The translations under genes and the position numbers were made by a program. Shown piece after piece: positions 37,101-45,230 of a stretch of 64,000 nt of DNA; position 1 is the first letter of the stretch; every line of letters begins with the position of its first letter. The notes under the pieces are model-generated. The model did not search any database. It saw only the letters and a list, made by a program, of their open reading frames with translations, and was not told where the DNA came from. Source of the DNA: a virus; IMG/VR virus record IMGVR_UViG_3300018877_000005, positions 1,523 to 65,522 of that record; one strand, written 5' to 3'.

Positions 37101-38980
37101 GGAACAAGGAAGCTCTCGACGCCGCCGCGAAGGCGGTAGACGCCTACAAGAACGCCCTCGACAAAGTGAAGGGGATGATCCCCGAGCTTGCGAACGAGAT
37201 GAAGAAGCTGGAGGAGCTTCGCAAACTCGATGCGGAACTCGACGCCATCGGGCCGGGTCCTCTGTCGCCCGAGATGCAGCAATACGCCAACCGGGCTCGC
37301 CAAGCCATCGAGGCAGCGTACATCGACACGACGCCCCTGCAAAACAGCCTCGACACCAACTCGGCGGAACTGAAGAAGTTCTACGAGGAGATCAAGGGCC
37401 GGGCGAACCTCATGTCGAGCGATCCGAGCCGGTGGGGCAACCCGCGTGATCGCTCGTGGCAGACGAATTTCCTCACGAGCATTGAGACGCAATCGGGCCA
37501 GAAGGCGCTTGTTCACAAGTCGGCCGCCGCCGCATTCCAAGGCTTCATCAATGAGCTTGAGCAAGCCATCGGCTACGAGATCAAGAGCCTCGGCGGCTGG
37601 AAAATTCGCCCCAACACGAGCGATCCGAGCCGCCTCTCGGAGCACGCCTGGGGTAACGCCATCGACATCAACCCCGAGCAAAACCCGTACCTGAAGAAGC
37701 TCGTTACGGACATGCCCGATCTCGTCGGCATGATCGCGGCAAAGTACGGCCTCTCGTGGGGTGGCGATTGGAAGTCCGTCAAGGACCCGATGCACTTTGA
37801 ATGGACCGGCCAGCAAGCGCCGGGGGCTGTTCGCGCCACCAAGGACGAACTCGACATCCAGAAGCAGAAGACTCAGGAGCTTATCAAGCAGAATGAGGAA
37901 CTTCTGAAGGGCCACGAGCACACGCAGAAGGCCCTTGAGGACCTCGGGTTCGAGATCACGCAACAAGACCTCAAGATCGCCGGCAAGGACAAAGAGGCGT
38001 TTATCGAGGAGAAGATTCGCGGGCTCAAAGAGGGCAACAAGAACATCACAGACGAGCAGATCGCGAAGGCGAAGGAACTTCTCGGCACGCTCTACGATCA
38101 AGAACACCGCCTCGACGGCGTGAAGAAGGCCGAGGAAGAAGTCAACCGGCTCATGCAACTCCGCAAAGAGTTGATGGAGCAGATCGAGTTCTTCGAGAAC
38201 CAGGGCGAGCACGCCAAGGCCGAGCAACTCAAGACGCAGCTTGAGCAGGTCAACGAACAGCTTATGCGGGCGGCGGACAACGCCATCGCCATGTGGCGGG
38301 CTATCGGCGGACCCGATGCGGAACTTGCGATTGCCAAGCTCCAGACCACGAAGCTGCAAGTTCAGGACCTCGGCAACAAGTCGCAGATCACCGGCAAGCA
38401 GATTAACGACATGCTGGCCGACGGGCTCACCAACGCCTTCGACTCGTTCGCTCAGGCTATCGCCAGGGGCGAGAACGCGGTTGACGCGCTCTGGCGTGCC
38501 TTCCTGCAATTCGCCTCGGACTTCCTGATTCAGATCGGCAAGATGATCTTGAAACAGGCCCTCCTCAACGCTCTGCAAGCCGGTGGCGGGGCAGGGGGCG
38601 GCGTCGGAGGATTCCTCGCGGCGGCCATCGGCGCAGCCTTCCACTCGGGCGGCGTCGTCGGCTCAGGGGGAACACCGCGCCTCGTGTCGCCGGGATGGTA
38701 CGCCAACGCCGTGAAGTACCACCAGGGCGGCATCGTCGGTCTCAAGCCTGGGGAGATGCCCGCCGTTCTCAAAGAGGGTGAGGTGGTTGATCCTGGCGAC
38801 GGCTCCGTCTTCAACAAGGTCTTTGGCGGGGCTCAGGCGCAGCCGCCCGTCGTCAAGATCGTGAACGCCATCGACTCGGCGGATGTCGTCTCGCAGGGCA
38901 TCAACAGCGCGGTCGGAGAACAAGCGGTCCTCAACTTCATCCGCGCCAACCGGGGCGCGGTCAAGGAAATCCTCGGGTAA
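34112..38980 (+). CDS. Tape measure protein with an embedded M15-type peptidoglycan peptidase domain
   Basis: 1622 aa, Ala-rich, EELRQQMGERLPGA; SEHAWGNAIDIN..WGGDW..DPMHFEW at about 37500-37803. Confidence 0.92.
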   Translation: MADKDVKLVIRARNEASKAIDSVAEALKDLTKAQKQTADTADKTSDLIGDLGSAFDTLKKEAQGLEVLSKVAGAIGKIEAAVSTLEDDVKKSSAALEAHKQELAEATAATAKYEAEAKKVAAALDAEKAATKALRTERTTANRELTKAQAAYDKLNEALQKKPAGAAGKSALAFLAGDVDNAKSKLAEVEKALDSQVRKQNSLKKTLSSVNAEVRSSQTAQAKLADQIERAGAAAKKSEANLADGRKHLTEIKAAATQAATALGGVTVSQEALEAASKQTAEAISRAQAELAAMQRFSDGQGGFTDPKTAAALRQQTAAVTEARQNWELLEARVTLLAEAMRKAAAPTEQMSRELQQARTAAAAARKEFEAQTAALNKMPGAAQNAGRGMRGIFSPIYGESRQAMSMLQRVRGEVLALTTAYLGLYGTIESFRGVLKTYQAMEAAQSRLGVVFQQNGTLIRAEIDWIERQASRLGITFTTLSDSYGKFAVAASKSNFSAQATRDVFLAVAEAGRVNKLSMDDMRGVFVALEQMISKGKVSAEELRQQMGERLPGAFALMARALGKTTAELDKMLELGEVFSNEATMLAFARQLNKEFGSQLARSLSSTTTLMGRFGYELEQAQMRVANGGFIDGFNELLEEMNKWFQSREGRDFFLELGAVAGNFAKALALIPPNIDAITFGVKAFIAVKLAQVLQGVIANLAKTRVEASATVAQFNQATGATNALGAAQTTLGARISAASSSLAALRFALVNTASTMTLAQARTLGLNAGLLAFRTAANAAATAARMLYMAVGGWAGILLTAGSFLATSLLTDWVSGVDEATTAMDEHKRIMGEVIGAYERVGKLTKDWAKEIKNVTEVDAARNFAKRFETYEKSMKDLKKAIIDVAEPMGERWTFGLLRSDAKKKIDDLLASFDGGKLEDFRKKLLDLHGEIEDFEAQKLIQALDEVIVKAMQEERALGEAALAAQAKGVKNELLAKVLKLTGATMESVSQAAEGNKEALDAAAKAVDAYKNALDKVKGMIPELANEMKKLEELRKLDAELDAIGPGPLSPEMQQYANRARQAIEAAYIDTTPLQNSLDTNSAELKKFYEEIKGRANLMSSDPSRWGNPRDRSWQTNFLTSIETQSGQKALVHKSAAAAFQGFINELEQAIGYEIKSLGGWKIRPNTSDPSRLSEHAWGNAIDINPEQNPYLKKLVTDMPDLVGMIAAKYGLSWGGDWKSVKDPMHFEWTGQQAPGAVRATKDELDIQKQKTQELIKQNEELLKGHEHTQKALEDLGFEITQQDLKIAGKDKEAFIEEKIRGLKEGNKNITDEQIAKAKELLGTLYDQEHRLDGVKKAEEEVNRLMQLRKELMEQIEFFENQGEHAKAEQLKTQLEQVNEQLMRAADNAIAMWRAIGGPDAELAIAKLQTTKLQVQDLGNKSQITGKQINDMLADGLTNAFDSFAQAIARGENAVDALWRAFLQFASDFLIQIGKMILKQALLNALQAGGGAGGGVGGFLAAAIGAAFHSGGVVGSGGTPRLVSPGWYANAVKYHQGGIVGLKPGEMPAVLKEGEVVDPGDGSVFNKVFGGAQAQPPVVKIVNAIDSADVVSQGINSAVGEQAVLNFIRANRGAVKEILG

Positions 38981-38984
38981 AGTC

Positions 38985-40241
38985 ATGGCGATCATATCCA
39001 CCCTTCGCCCGTGGGATGTGCCGAATCTGCGCATCCTGCCGGCCCGCCCCAACTGGCGCGATTCCTACCGCGTCACGCTGGAGTTCAAGACAGACATCAT
39101 CACCTCGGGAGACGGACGCACGCAGCGGCGGGCGACCCGCGCCAACCCGCGCAAAACAGTCGAGTTCTCGTGCGACTATTCCAGAACCGCGAAGCGCATG
39201 ATCGACATGCACCTCTCGACCGCCCAAACCGTCCCCTGCCTCATGCCGGATTGGGTGCGATATGTGACATTATCATCACCGATCGACCCCCCTGACGAGG
39301 AGACGCCGGGCTACGTGCAGACCCTCCGCTTCCCTGCGAGCGGCACCGGCAGGGCTCCCGATTGGATGCAGCCGGGCAAGACGGTCATCCTCGTCAACGG
39401 TTGGCACATGGAGACGCGGGAGATCGCGGGGGCCTCTGACGGTTCCGCAACCGTCAAGGAATACAGCTTCTCGGAGTTCCCCGTCGGGACGAGAATCTAT
39501 CCGGCGCTCAAGGGTTATCCTCAGTTGGAGCCCACGGGCCGCCGCCACACCAACACCGTCACGACCATGGGCTTCACGTTCAAGGTCGATCCCGGATTCG
39601 AGCAATACCCCGACACCTCGGCTCCCGTGCGCGTCGGGGTGCTGGAATTTTGGGGCAAGCGTCCGAATTGGGCGAACCCGGTCGAGGTGACGTTCAACAC
39701 GACCCGCGAGGAGATCGATTACGGCATTGGTGTCGTCGGCAGCTTCGTCCCGTATGACTTCCCCTCGCGGATGACGCGCCTGTCCTATGTCGGGCGCAAC
39801 GCGGACGAGGTGCAGGCCCTCATCGAGTTCTTCGTTCGGATGCGCGGTCAACAAGGCGAGTTCATCACCCTCACATGGGAGGACGACGTGCCGTTCAACG
39901 CCATCGCGGGCGGCGGCAATGCCATCCTCATGACGGGAACCGCCTTCGGGCACGCCTACAAGGACAATCCGGTCTTTCGCCGCGTCACCATCCGCAAGGC
40001 CGACGGGACCTACATCCATCGCCTTGTCGATAGCATCGAGCCTCTGCCCGACACGGACTCATCCGTCGTGTGGCTGAAAGAGCCGCTCCCGTTCGAGGCG
40101 TTCACGCCGCAGACCGTCAACGGCATCTCGTGGGCGATCACGTCGCGCCTCGCCTCGGACGTGCTCACCATCGATTACCTCACTGACAGCGTGGCGCAAT
40201 TCACTCTCACCTACCAATCCCTTGAGGACTTCGAGCTATGA
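38985..40241 (+). CDS. Distal tail protein
   Basis: RPNW..V.LEFKTDII, follows the tape measure. Confidence 0.65.
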   Translation: MAIISTLRPWDVPNLRILPARPNWRDSYRVTLEFKTDIITSGDGRTQRRATRANPRKTVEFSCDYSRTAKRMIDMHLSTAQTVPCLMPDWVRYVTLSSPIDPPDEETPGYVQTLRFPASGTGRAPDWMQPGKTVILVNGWHMETREIAGASDGSATVKEYSFSEFPVGTRIYPALKGYPQLEPTGRRHTNTVTTMGFTFKVDPGFEQYPDTSAPVRVGVLEFWGKRPNWANPVEVTFNTTREEIDYGIGVVGSFVPYDFPSRMTRLSYVGRNADEVQALIEFFVRMRGQQGEFITLTWEDDVPFNAIAGGGNAILMTGTAFGHAYKDNPVFRRVTIRKADGTYIHRLVDSIEPLPDTDSSVVWLKEPLPFEAFTPQTVNGISWAITSRLASDVLTIDYLTDSVAQFTLTYQSLEDFEL

Positions 40242-41071
40242 GCTTTGATTCAATCGAGAGATCGACGGCGACGGGCCGCCCGGTCGAACTGTATGAGTTC
40301 CGGTACGGTAGCGCCAAGGACGCGGTTTACCGTTACACCAATGCCGATAAGGACATCACGGATGGCGGCGTCGTCTACAAGGCGATTCCGATCCGGCGCG
40401 AGACCTACAAGTCATCGGGCAAAACCGACAAGACCACGATGTCGATCAAGGTCCCCGAGAACGCCGACATCTCGCAACTGTTCACCGCCTACCCGCCCAC
40501 GCAGCCGGTCACGGTCATCATGCGGGCGGGACATTTGAGCGACGGCCAAAAGCAGTATCTCGCGGTGTGGAGCGGTCGCGTTCTCTCGACGGCCAAGAAC
40601 GGCAACGAAACCGAACTGACCTGCGAGAACACGCTCGTCTCCCTCAAGCGGCCAGGGCTTCGCGCCAACTGGCAATACGGGTGTCGGCATGTCCTTTACG
40701 GCGACGGCTGCAAGGCCGACCAGATCAAGGCGACCCGCAACACGACGGTTGCCGAAATCACGACGGACGGCACCATCGTTCTGCCGCACAATTGGAATGC
40801 CGGGACGGATTTTTCCTACTTCAACGGCGGTATGCTGCGCTGGAGCGCGCCGAACGGCACCGAGTACCGCACCATCCGCAAATGCACGGAAACCGGCCTC
40901 GCGTTCAACGGCCCTCTGCGCGGTCTCGAAGTCGGCATGGACATCGCGGTTATCCTCGGCTGCAACCACAAGACCGATCAGTGCCTCGCGGTTCACGACA
41001 ACATTCTGAACTACGGCGGTCAGCCGTGGATTCCGCTCAAGAACCCCGCAAAACATCATCCCTTCTGGTGA
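40238..41071 (+). CDS. Tail hub protein, DUF2163/BR0599-like (gpL-like)
   Basis: GRPVELYEF, CRHVLYGDGC, LGCNHKTDQC..NYGGQPWIP. Confidence 0.8.
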   Translation: MSFDSIERSTATGRPVELYEFRYGSAKDAVYRYTNADKDITDGGVVYKAIPIRRETYKSSGKTDKTTMSIKVPENADISQLFTAYPPTQPVTVIMRAGHLSDGQKQYLAVWSGRVLSTAKNGNETELTCENTLVSLKRPGLRANWQYGCRHVLYGDGCKADQIKATRNTTVAEITTDGTIVLPHNWNAGTDFSYFNGGMLRWSAPNGTEYRTIRKCTETGLAFNGPLRGLEVGMDIAVILGCNHKTDQCLAVHDNILNYGGQPWIPLKNPAKHHPFW

Positions 41072-41080
41072 GGACACGTC

Positions 41081-41317
41081 ATGTTCTGGAACATCATCAT
41101 CGGCCTCACCCTCATGATCCTCGGCTACCTCTTGCAGCCGAAGCCGAAGCCGCAAAAGCCGTCCGAGGTGACGGAAATGGAGGGGCCGACCGCCGAGGCG
41201 GGTAAGCCGATCCCGGTCATCTTCGGAGACATTTGGGTGAAGTCGCCGAACTTCCTGTGGTGGGGCGACAAGACCTATGTGACGCGCAGCGCCAGGGCGA
41301 AGAAGAAAGACAAATGA
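41081..41317 (+). CDS. Small tail tip assembly protein (gpI-like)
   Basis: GPTAEAGKPIPVIFG. Confidence 0.7.
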   Translation: MFWNIIIGLTLMILGYLLQPKPKPQKPSEVTEMEGPTAEAGKPIPVIFGDIWVKSPNFLWWGDKTYVTRSARAKKKDK

Positions 41318-41511
41318 GCGACGACATCGTGACCATCGCAGACGTGCGCAAGGCCGGTTACTGCGTGAGGGGGAGTCGTGAAGCCGCGAGGCTGCGTGGC
41401 ATCGACTTCAAGGATTTTCTGAAGAACGGCATCCCGGTCAAAAAGATCGAGCACATGAACGATGCCATGGTTCAACACATTCTGCGCGTGAAGAGGGGCG
41501 AGAAGCGATGA
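41314..41511 (+). CDS. Small tail-module protein
   Basis: VTIADVRKAGYCVRG; synteny. Confidence 0.65.
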   Translation: MSDDIVTIADVRKAGYCVRGSREAARLRGIDFKDFLKNGIPVKKIEHMNDAMVQHILRVKRGEKR

Positions 41512-43811
41512 GTAAGAAGAAGCCGAAAAAGTATTGGGTAGACTACCTCCTATCGTTCCATCTCGGCTTCTGCCATGGGCCGGTGGACGAGCTTGTCGCC
41601 GTTAAGATGAAGGAGCGCGACATCCTCGACAACCCGATGAGCGGGAACGGTGCCGTCGTGATCGACAAGCCCGATCTGTTCGGCGGTAATGAGCGCGAGG
41701 GCGGAGCCATGGGACTCCTGACCTTCATGAACGGCAACGAGGATCAGGTTGCTCCGCAGGCCCTCGCAAGCCGCGTCGGTAAGACGCCCTCGACCATGCC
41801 GGGCTTCCGCCAGATCGCGAGCCTCCTCTTCACGGGCACCGGCAACGAAGGCTTTACGGTCGCCTCGAACTACCCGAACGTGCCTGACGTGTGGGCTCGC
41901 TTCCGTCGCCGCTCGCGGGGCCTCAACGCGCCCGGCGCGATCATCGAGAACGACAAGGGCTATCGCGACAGCAATCCCGCTCACATGATTTGGGAGTGCA
42001 TCGTCAACACCGAATGGGGCATGGGCGCTCTCCCGCAGCAACTCGACTACCCCTCGTTCGTCGCCGCAGCCGAGACCCTCGCAGACGAGAAGTTCGGACT
42101 GTCGATGATCTGGACTCGTCAGATGACGATTGAGGCGTTCATTCAGGAAATCCTCAACCACATTAACGCGCTCCTCTTCTTCAATCCGCTCACGGGCCTC
42201 CTGCAAATCAAGCTCCTGCGCAACGATTACGACATCAACACGCTGCCGCAGGTTGGCCCCAATCATGCGTCTCTCGTGACCTTCCGGCGCAAGCTATGGG
42301 GCGAGACCATTAACGAGATCGTGGTCTCGTGGACGAACCCCGAGACGGAGGAGCAGGAAACGCTCACCTATCAGGACCTCGGCAATATTGCGATGCAGGG
42401 TTCCGTCGTGTCGGAGAACCGGAACTACTACGGTATCAGGTCGGCAACGCTCGCCTCGCAGGTCGGCGCTCGCGACATCGTGGCCGAGGCGAGCCCGCGT
42501 GCCACCGCCACCATCACGGCGAAGCGCAACCTGTGGAACTACCTACCCGGCGACGTGGTGCTGTTCACATGGCCGCGCTACGACATCGGACAGATCGTCA
42601 TGCGCGTCATGGAGGTGGATTACGGCACGCCGACGGACTCGAAGATCAAGATCAATCTTATCGAGGACGTATGGGGGCTCAACCACGCCGAGTATCTCGA
42701 TCCGCCCGAGACGGAATGGGAGGACCCGGCGCGTGATCCGAACCAACCGAACCTGAACCTTGGGGCGAAGTTCCTGGCCGTGCCATATTCGTGGATTCAG
42801 ATGAACGTCGGTGAGGAACATCTCTCGGACGATATGTATCCCGACATCATCATTGCGGCCCTCGTCTCGCCCACGAAGGACCAAAAGGACATCATGTCGT
42901 TCGTCCTCCACGGCGAGGAAGTGATGTTGAACGGCGAGACGGTTTGGTCCTCTGCCGGCGAGAAGAACACCGTCGGCAAGGCGACACTCAAGGACCCGCT
43001 GCGCCAGGAAGCGACGAGCGTGATCTACATCGAGGATGTCACGGGCGGTCCCGGTCCCGAGGTGGGCGAGTTCGCGATCATCGGTTCGGGCGAGGAGCAC
43101 GAGTCCGAGATCGTCCTCATTGACGCCAACTTGGGTGACGGCAATTGGCGCGTGTGGCGCGGCGTGCTCGATACGGTGCCGCACGATTGGTCCTCGGGTG
43201 ACACGATTTGGTTCATCGGCTCGACATTCAACGCCTATGACGGCAACGTCCGTCCGGCGAACACGCAGGTCAGCTACAAAATCCAGCCGCGCACCTCGAA
43301 GGGCTTGCGCGATCTGTCGCTCTGTCCCGAACTGACGACAGTCCGACCGGATCGCCCGTACCGTCCCTATCGTCCGGCGAACGTGAAGGTCAACCTCGTG
43401 CCGTTCTACCTGTCGGACGAGAGCGCGGACTACGGGCTTCGCCATTGGACGATGGATGTCTCGTGGTCGAACCGTCATCGCAAGATGGAGGACTCGATCA
43501 TTCGCCGTTGGGACGAGGGTGATGTTGCGCCCGAGGACGGGCAGACGACCGAAGTCATCCTCATGGATGCGAGTGAAAAGGAAGTCTATCGGTGGACCGG
43601 ACTGGAAGGCACGCGGACGACGCTGCAAATCCCGGTCGAGTTGAGCGGTCGCATCGAGAACTTCAAGATCAAGGTCGTGTCGCGGCGAGACGGTTTCGAG
43701 TCGCTCCAGGGTTTGACAATCGACCTGCGCCTCTATCGCAAGGGCTACGGTTCGGATTACGGTTATTTCTACGGCGGCTGGCCTGAAGAGACGGAGTTTG
43801 GCAATGCGTAA
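41508..43811 (+). CDS. Central tail tip protein (TipJ / phage-tail-3-like)
   Basis: GFCHGPVDEL, NPAHMIWECIVNTEWGMG, ETINEIVVSW. Confidence 0.82.
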   Translation: MSKKKPKKYWVDYLLSFHLGFCHGPVDELVAVKMKERDILDNPMSGNGAVVIDKPDLFGGNEREGGAMGLLTFMNGNEDQVAPQALASRVGKTPSTMPGFRQIASLLFTGTGNEGFTVASNYPNVPDVWARFRRRSRGLNAPGAIIENDKGYRDSNPAHMIWECIVNTEWGMGALPQQLDYPSFVAAAETLADEKFGLSMIWTRQMTIEAFIQEILNHINALLFFNPLTGLLQIKLLRNDYDINTLPQVGPNHASLVTFRRKLWGETINEIVVSWTNPETEEQETLTYQDLGNIAMQGSVVSENRNYYGIRSATLASQVGARDIVAEASPRATATITAKRNLWNYLPGDVVLFTWPRYDIGQIVMRVMEVDYGTPTDSKIKINLIEDVWGLNHAEYLDPPETEWEDPARDPNQPNLNLGAKFLAVPYSWIQMNVGEEHLSDDMYPDIIIAALVSPTKDQKDIMSFVLHGEEVMLNGETVWSSAGEKNTVGKATLKDPLRQEATSVIYIEDVTGGPGPEVGEFAIIGSGEEHESEIVLIDANLGDGNWRVWRGVLDTVPHDWSSGDTIWFIGSTFNAYDGNVRPANTQVSYKIQPRTSKGLRDLSLCPELTTVRPDRPYRPYRPANVKVNLVPFYLSDESADYGLRHWTMDVSWSNRHRKMEDSIIRRWDEGDVAPEDGQTTEVILMDASEKEVYRWTGLEGTRTTLQIPVELSGRIENFKIKVVSRRDGFESLQGLTIDLRLYRKGYGSDYGYFYGGWPEETEFGNA

Positions 43812-44499
43812 TATCGGCGGTTTCGGAAGTTTCCAAATCTTCCCGATTCGATCCCATACGTGGAAGGACGGGATGGACCTCAACATGCTCAAGGCTTCGA
43901 CCTTGCTGCATCCTTCGGTCAAGAGCCGCTCGACGCCCCTCCCGGCGTCGGGTGCCGATCTGGATTGCTACGTCGATCCGGCGTCGGGGAATCTCTGCGT
44001 CTGGTTCGACGGGGATTGGAACGCGATTGCGCCTCGGCGCGGCGTATGGGTGCATGTGGAGGACACCAACTCCTATGACACCTACGATCCGACCAACGGC
44101 GGGTGGGTGACGGTCATCGAACTCGGCAAGACCTATCCGGCGCTCCCGCGCACGATGGGCGTCTATGTGCCGGGCAAGATCAGGCCGAGTGCGACGGTGT
44201 TCGATTACGTGGCCGGGATGGAGTTCGTGCTGCCGGCAGGCGCTCCCGGCTCGACGGCCACCCTCGAAATCCCGCCGACGGCGCAGATCGCGTTCACCAT
44301 GCCGGGCGGACGCATCGTATTCGCAGCCGGGGCGACGACGGGAGCCTTCGAGGTGCCCGAGGATGTCTATGTGCAACCTACGCAGCAAGAGGGCATGTTC
44401 ACGAGGGCGCAGCGGTTCCGCATCACGTCGCCCGCTAACCTGCATGACGCCGAGGGGCTCGCGATCACGTTTTCGGGCATGATGAGGGGGATGAGCTAA
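43804..44499 (+). CDS. DUF2793-like tail protein
   Basis: W.DGMDLNM..VWFDGDW.AIAPRRG.WV. Confidence 0.6.
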   Translation: MRNIGGFGSFQIFPIRSHTWKDGMDLNMLKASTLLHPSVKSRSTPLPASGADLDCYVDPASGNLCVWFDGDWNAIAPRRGVWVHVEDTNSYDTYDPTNGGWVTVIELGKTYPALPRTMGVYVPGKIRPSATVFDYVAGMEFVLPAGAPGSTATLEIPPTAQIAFTMPGGRIVFAAGATTGAFEVPEDVYVQPTQQEGMFTRAQRFRITSPANLHDAEGLAITFSGMMRGMS

Positions 44500-45230
44500 T
44501 GGCGGACGAGGACAATCCTGAGCGCATGATCGAGCGGGGATACCCCGACATCGAGAGGCCGGATCACAGTCGCGAGCTTCGCAACAAGTTCCGCGCCTAT
44601 TGGGCGAAGGGCGAGCAGCTTTGGGACGTGGACCTGAACAACAATTTCCGGTTCATGAATTGGTGGAACGCCCTCGCGGTGGACTTCCGGCGCAAGCCCT
44701 ATGGCCCGTATCCCGACCGCCAGGGCGGTTATACCGCGATCATCGACTCGGGGGAGTGGAAGGATTGCATCGGCTTCCTCGGATCGGCAGAGCCCGAGTT
44801 CCTGCGTCCCTTCAAAGGCGCAATGGTCTACATCGTGGCCGACCGGATGTTCGTCGGCTATGACGGCTCGCAATGGCATCCCGTGGTCGAGAGTCCGTTC
44901 TTCTGGCGGCCCTCGGTTGAGGTGGCCCTGTTCGCCACGCAGCCGCACCCGAACGCGGTCTTCGTCAGCCACACCCTCGACAAGCCCGTGATGTTCAAGG
45001 CCGACGGGCGAGGATGTCGGACGCGCAGCATCAGTTCTTGGGTTCAGGTGGAGGTGCTCAAGAACGGCGATCCGGTCGGCACCCTGTCCACGAGCGCCGA
45101 CGGCTTGAGCCGTGTGCGGTTCAACGGGGACACGACGTTTGCAGCCGGCGACGTTTTGGCCCTAAAGTCACCATTGAAGTTACTCGGCACTAGAAACGTG
45201 TCGGTGAGTCTGTTGGGGAAACTGCTATGA
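44499..45230 (+). CDS. Second DUF2793-like tail protein (paralog)
   Basis: WDVDLNNNF..LRPFKGAMVYIV..YDGSQW. Confidence 0.6.
   Translation: MADEDNPERMIERGYPDIERPDHSRELRNKFRAYWAKGEQLWDVDLNNNFRFMNWWNALAVDFRRKPYGPYPDRQGGYTAIIDSGEWKDCIGFLGSAEPEFLRPFKGAMVYIVADRMFVGYDGSQWHPVVESPFFWRPSVEVALFATQPHPNAVFVSHTLDKPVMFKADGRGCRTRSISSWVQVEVLKNGDPVGTLSTSADGLSRVRFNGDTTFAAGDVLALKSPLKLLGTRNVSVSLLGKLL

Noticed and set aside
34262-38644. Long antisense ORFs (711 and 706 aa) opposite the tape measure, and similar ones opposite other core genes
   Set aside because: Expected shadows of high-GC3 coding sequence; no motifs or RBS
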